A stretch of DNA of 64,000 bases from positions 66,942-130,941 of the forward strand of contig CBFHZX010000002.1 in assembly GCA_965660425.1 (NCBI GenBank), read 5' to 3'. This DNA comes from Sulfitobacter sp. (GTDB lineage: Bacteria > Pseudomonadota > Alphaproteobacteria > Rhodobacterales > Rhodobacteraceae). The notes under the pieces are model-generated. The model worked only from the letters and a program-made list of their open reading frames with translations. It was not told the origin of the DNA and did no database searches. Below, in pieces: positions 61,004 to 64,000 of this stretch (position 1 is its first letter; every line of letters begins with the position of its first letter). The translations under genes and the position numbers were made by a program.

Positions 61004-61504
61004 ATGGCAGGTACGCGACTTGACCCGATTGATCGTAAAATTCTGGCTGAATTACAAGCGGATGGACGGATGACCAACGTCGAATTGGCCAAGCGCGTCG
61101 GTATTTCTGCGCCACCTTGCCTGCGCCGTGTGCGCACGCTGGAGGAGCAGGGGTTCATCCGTGGCTACCACGCCGAGGTGGATGCGCGCGAATTGGGCTT
61201 CGAGGTGCAGGTGTTCGCGATGGTCGGCCTTAGCTCTCAGGCGGAGGCGGATTTGTCTGCATTTGAGGAGCGGTGTCGCGACTGGTCGCTAATCCGCGAG
61301 TGTCACATGCTCAACGGTGAGGTGGATTTCATGCTCAAATGCGTGGCACCCGATTTGTCGAGCTTTCAGAAGTTCCTGACAGGTGAGCTTTTGACTGCGC
61401 CCAATGTGGCGAGCGTCAAGACTTCATTGGTAATCCGGAACGCCAAGGATGACCCTGGCGTTCCGTTTGACGTTTTGGAGGAACGTTTGAGCGTTCAGGC
61501 CTGA
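61004..61504 (+). CDS. lrp: Lrp/AsnC-family transcriptional regulator
   Basis: 166 aa: LDPIDRKILAELQADGRMTNVELAKRVGISAPPCLRRVRTLEEQGFIRGYHA. Confidence 0.9.
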   Translation: MAGTRLDPIDRKILAELQADGRMTNVELAKRVGISAPPCLRRVRTLEEQGFIRGYHAEVDARELGFEVQVFAMVGLSSQAEADLSAFEERCRDWSLIRECHMLNGEVDFMLKCVAPDLSSFQKFLTGELLTAPNVASVKTSLVIRNAKDDPGVPFDVLEERLSVQA

Positions 61505-61534
61505 GACAGCCCAAACAGTTTCAAGAGACTAGTA

Positions 61535-62308
61535 TTAGTAGGTGTCCTGCTCGGGCGCGAGCGGGCCGAAATCTGACAGATGGCCGATGCGCGGGAAGAG
61601 CGAGATGAAGCAGTCGCGCAAGGAGTGGCTGACTTCACGCGGGGCGGTGGCACCAGGGTGGAAGGTCTCCATCTCCATCCCGTCTACGTTGATCACAGCA
61701 TGGCGCGACAGGCAGATGTGGAACAGACGTGTGGGCGTAGGCGGCGTGATCTCGATTACGTTGTCACCATCAACAAGCACCGACGCAGGGGTCAGGAGCT
61801 GTTTGCCATCAGCCACACCGCGCAGCGCGGCAGGTGTGTGCAGGATGCGCGCACCAGGCCCAACAGTAAGCGAGCGTTCGGGGCGCGACTGGCCCAGAGC
61901 GTCGGGCATGATGCGGATGAGCGGCGTGCGCTTTCCCGCGGCGGCAGGAGAGAAGGTTGAGGTGCCGACCCATGTCAGCTCTGCCGCTTCGCCCGTGGCT
62001 GTTTGAACCATATCACCGGGTTGCAAATCCTCAACTGCGACAAGGCCCATGGTGGTCTGGATCAGGCTGCCGTGTGTGAAGGCGGAGAATGCGTTTTCAA
62101 ACAAAGCGATAGCGGGTGCTGTGCTCTGACCGATATATAGCGACGTATCTTCACGCAGCGCCGCGACCTCATAGGTGCGCTTTGGCATGGCGGGCTGGGC
62201 AATCGGGCCGCCCGAGGTTGGCATGGATGATTTCATCATTCCGTAGCTCATGTTGCGTGTTGCGGACCGTGCGGCAGCAGGATTGGCAGTCAGTGTCATG
62301 TAATTCAC
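61535..62308 (-). CDS. Hint (Hedgehog/intein)-domain protein
   Basis: 257 aa: ...AFTHGSLIQTTMGLVAVEDLQPGDMVQTATGEAAELTWVG...HICLSRHAVINVDGMEMETFHPG. This matches the Rhodobacterales Hint-domain family pattern. Confidence 0.75.
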   Translation of the reverse strand: MNYMTLTANPAAARSATRNMSYGMMKSSMPTSGGPIAQPAMPKRTYEVAALREDTSLYIGQSTAPAIALFENAFSAFTHGSLIQTTMGLVAVEDLQPGDMVQTATGEAAELTWVGTSTFSPAAAGKRTPLIRIMPDALGQSRPERSLTVGPGARILHTPAALRGVADGKQLLTPASVLVDGDNVIEITPPTPTRLFHICLSRHAVINVDGMEMETFHPGATAPREVSHSLRDCFISLFPRIGHLSDFGPLAPEQDTY

Positions 62309-62584
62309 CTATCATGGTTCGTCACATCCTTCGTCGGCCCCCACCGACAACGACGGAAATAACGTGGTTTGCTATTTCGTGTCTCTCTCGGGACTTAATT
62401 CGCCATGTTTGTGCCGCATTGTTAAAGAATACACGACCTTTGGCGACAATCGGCAGGTAATCCTATCCATTTGCACGGATTTGTTTCCGAATTTTCGAAA
62501 AACGCTGCCTTATTCTGCCTCATTTATTGGGTAACTGCCCAAACTTGACCAGAATCGCGTGTAGCTTTTATCGGTCTTAAGAAT

Positions 62585-62620
62585 CAAAAAAGCCCACCGC
62601 ACGGGAGGATGCGGTGGGCT
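62585..62620 (-). terminator. Rho-independent terminator (minus strand)
   Basis: AGCCCACCGCA-cgggagga-TGCGGTGGGCT, with a T6 run on the minus strand (AAAAAA 62585-62590 on +). Confidence 0.75.
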
Positions 62621-62676
62621 TTGGTGTGCAGCGGCTCGCGCGGGAGAACGCGATCCGCTGCTGAAAGAGCCTTTTA

Positions 62677-62823
62677 TCAGGCGCTTTTGCGTGCAGGTGC
62701 TGCGGGTGCGTTGCGCTTTGCGATGAAAGCGGCGCGCCGTGCGCCACGGGCCCATGGCATGACCGTGTCATTGTCGGCTGCGGCCTTGGTGATGGATTTG
62801 ATGAAGCGTGCGTTGGTTTTCAT
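62677..62823 (-). CDS. Small basic hypothetical protein (48 aa)
   Basis: ATG 62823 preceded by GAGGAT: MKTNARFIKSITKAAADNDTVMPWARGARRAAFIAKRNAPAAPARKSA. A strong terminator lies 57 nt downstream. The track ORF starts further upstream (62904). Confidence 0.45.
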   Translation of the reverse strand: MKTNARFIKSITKAAADNDTVMPWARGARRAAFIAKRNAPAAPARKSA

Positions 62824-63123
62824 TATCTCTATCCTCAATCGTCGTTTTTCTATGCGGGTGCTTGCTGTGGCTGCCCTTGCTTGAGGTAGAATATGACGAT
62901 GCAATCGGGCTGGTTTTGGGCATTTGGCTAAAAACTTTGAGGAATTTGCACAGACCAGCGACTATTATTGTGGCGCAGGGGCCTTATTCAGCGCGACCTC
63001 TTCAAAATATAGTAAACGCTGTCGATTGTGGCCGTTTTAGCAACAATTGCGCGAATTTTTTCGGGTCAATACGCGCGAGATTGGGGCAGGGCCAAGGCCC
63101 AAGCGGCCTCATTTGCGCCCAGA

Positions 63124-63876
63124 TCAAAGGGTGATGGCGGCGATCAGACGGCCATAGTCGGCTTCTTTGGCGTGGGTCGTGCGGCGGTAGGAGTAGAATC
63201 GCTCGGCGTCAGAGAAAGTGCAATGGCGTGTCCACTCCGCGTGGCCCACGCCAGCAGCGCGCAAGCGGTTGAGGCCAAAGGCAGGCAGGTCGAACATCAT
63301 GCGGTCACCTTCCCCGTTGATAAAGAAACGGGCAAAGTCGGGGTCTTCGGCCATAAAGCTGTCAAGGAACTCGGGGCCGACCTCATAGGCGCGCTGGCTG
63401 ATCGAGGGGCCGATGACGGCGGTGATGTTGCTGCGTTGGGCGCCAAGAGCCTCCATCGCATCCACCGTTGCGTGCAGCACCCCATCCAGCGCGCCGCGCC
63501 ATCCCGCGTGAGCAGCCCCGATCACGCCCGCCTCTTTGTCAGCAAATAGCACGGGCTGGCAATCGGCGGTCAGCACCGACAGGGCAATCCCGCGCGTCGC
63601 GGTGACAAGCGCATCAGCGCGGAGTTTCTTGGGCAGGGGGGCATCGACGGTCACGGCTGTGGCAGAGTGTATCTGATGCACGCCGACCAAGTGATCCGCC
63701 GCAACGCCCATCGCCTCGGCCACGCGGGCGCGATTGATGGCAACGATCTCTGCCTGATCGGAGGAACCTTGGCCGCAGTTCAGCCCTGCAAACACGCCTG
63801 ATGATGCCCCGCCACGGCGTGTGAAAAAGCCGTGCTTTGCGCCGAGCGCATCAGACGTGAGGATTTCAAGCGTCAT
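63124..63876 (-). CDS. pgeF: Peptidoglycan editing factor PgeF (YfiH / laccase-domain family)
   Basis: 250 aa: HGFFTRRGGASSGVFAGLNCG...HQIHS...LTADCQPVL...AHAGWRG. Confidence 0.9.
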   Translation of the reverse strand: MTLEILTSDALGAKHGFFTRRGGASSGVFAGLNCGQGSSDQAEIVAINRARVAEAMGVAADHLVGVHQIHSATAVTVDAPLPKKLRADALVTATRGIALSVLTADCQPVLFADKEAGVIGAAHAGWRGALDGVLHATVDAMEALGAQRSNITAVIGPSISQRAYEVGPEFLDSFMAEDPDFARFFINGEGDRMMFDLPAFGLNRLRAAGVGHAEWTRHCTFSDAERFYSYRRTTHAKEADYGRLIAAITL

Positions 63877-64000
63877 AGTTCCAACCCTGACAATGGAGGT
63901 GCACCCTGTGGCAGGATGCCGAATACTTTGAACAGGTTTCCCATTTCCTGCGGATGCGTCAAGCGGCGATGCGCGGCGATATGGGTCTCGAGTGCGGCAC
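63873..64000 (-). CDS. C-terminal fragment of a gene running off the right edge, possibly the SAM-dependent methyltransferase that precedes pgeF in alphaproteobacteria
   Basis: Read by eye: ...AALETHIAAHRRLTHPQEMGNLFKVFGILPQGAPPLSGLEL*, with its TGA overlapping the pgeF ATG (ATGA). The family call comes from synteny memory only. Confidence 0.35.
   Translation of the reverse strand, partial: AALETHIAAHRRLTHPQEMGNLFKVFGILPQGAPPLSGLEL

Overview
GC-rich chromosomal segment. From the encoded proteins and gene order it looks like an alphaproteobacterium of the Rhodobacterales/roseobacter type. That assignment is inference from motifs I recognise; no database search was possible. I count about 72 protein-coding genes. 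By eye I found no rRNA, tRNA, CRISPR array, transposase or integrase. Intact core genes include ispB (partial), phbA/phbB, tag, rpsD, hisC-tyrC, clpA, gloB, the F1 ATP synthase operon atpHAGDC, prs, ribF, ppaC, groESL (with a CIRCE operator), purEK, hsp20-DUF1150, sat/cysC, trxB-rpiB, lrp and pgeF. The ORF track treats GTG and TTG as Met, so several starts were trimmed to the first codon with a Shine-Dalgarno sequence and a sensible N-terminus. The main result is an unusually dense set of gene-inactivating lesions confined to envelope, signalling and accessory genes. Reading across ORF-track breaks gives 8 premature stops, 4 frameshifts and 1 start-codon loss in 8 genes. A ninth gene, an Rrf2 regulator, has no usable start for its full domain. 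Two frameshifts lie in homopolymer runs, and several substitutions are most simply G:C to A:T changes. This fits relaxed selection or a mismatch-repair-type mutator history, but consensus sequence errors cannot be excluded from the sequence alone. Other points worth a second look: (1) a conserved but, to my knowledge, uncharacterised MotA/MotB-like stator pair whose B subunit carries a coiled coil of about 360 aa; (2) an EPS-type MarR regulator fused in frame, with no stop, to the bifunctional sulfate adenylyltransferase/APS kinase; (3) a partly decayed Rrf2-hyuA-hyuB-FAD oxidoreductase-aldolase block between the atp operon and prs; (4) a ROSE-like RNA thermometer upstream of hsp20; (5) a Hint-domain protein lacking the nucleophilic Cys. 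I found no canonical defence or mobile system.
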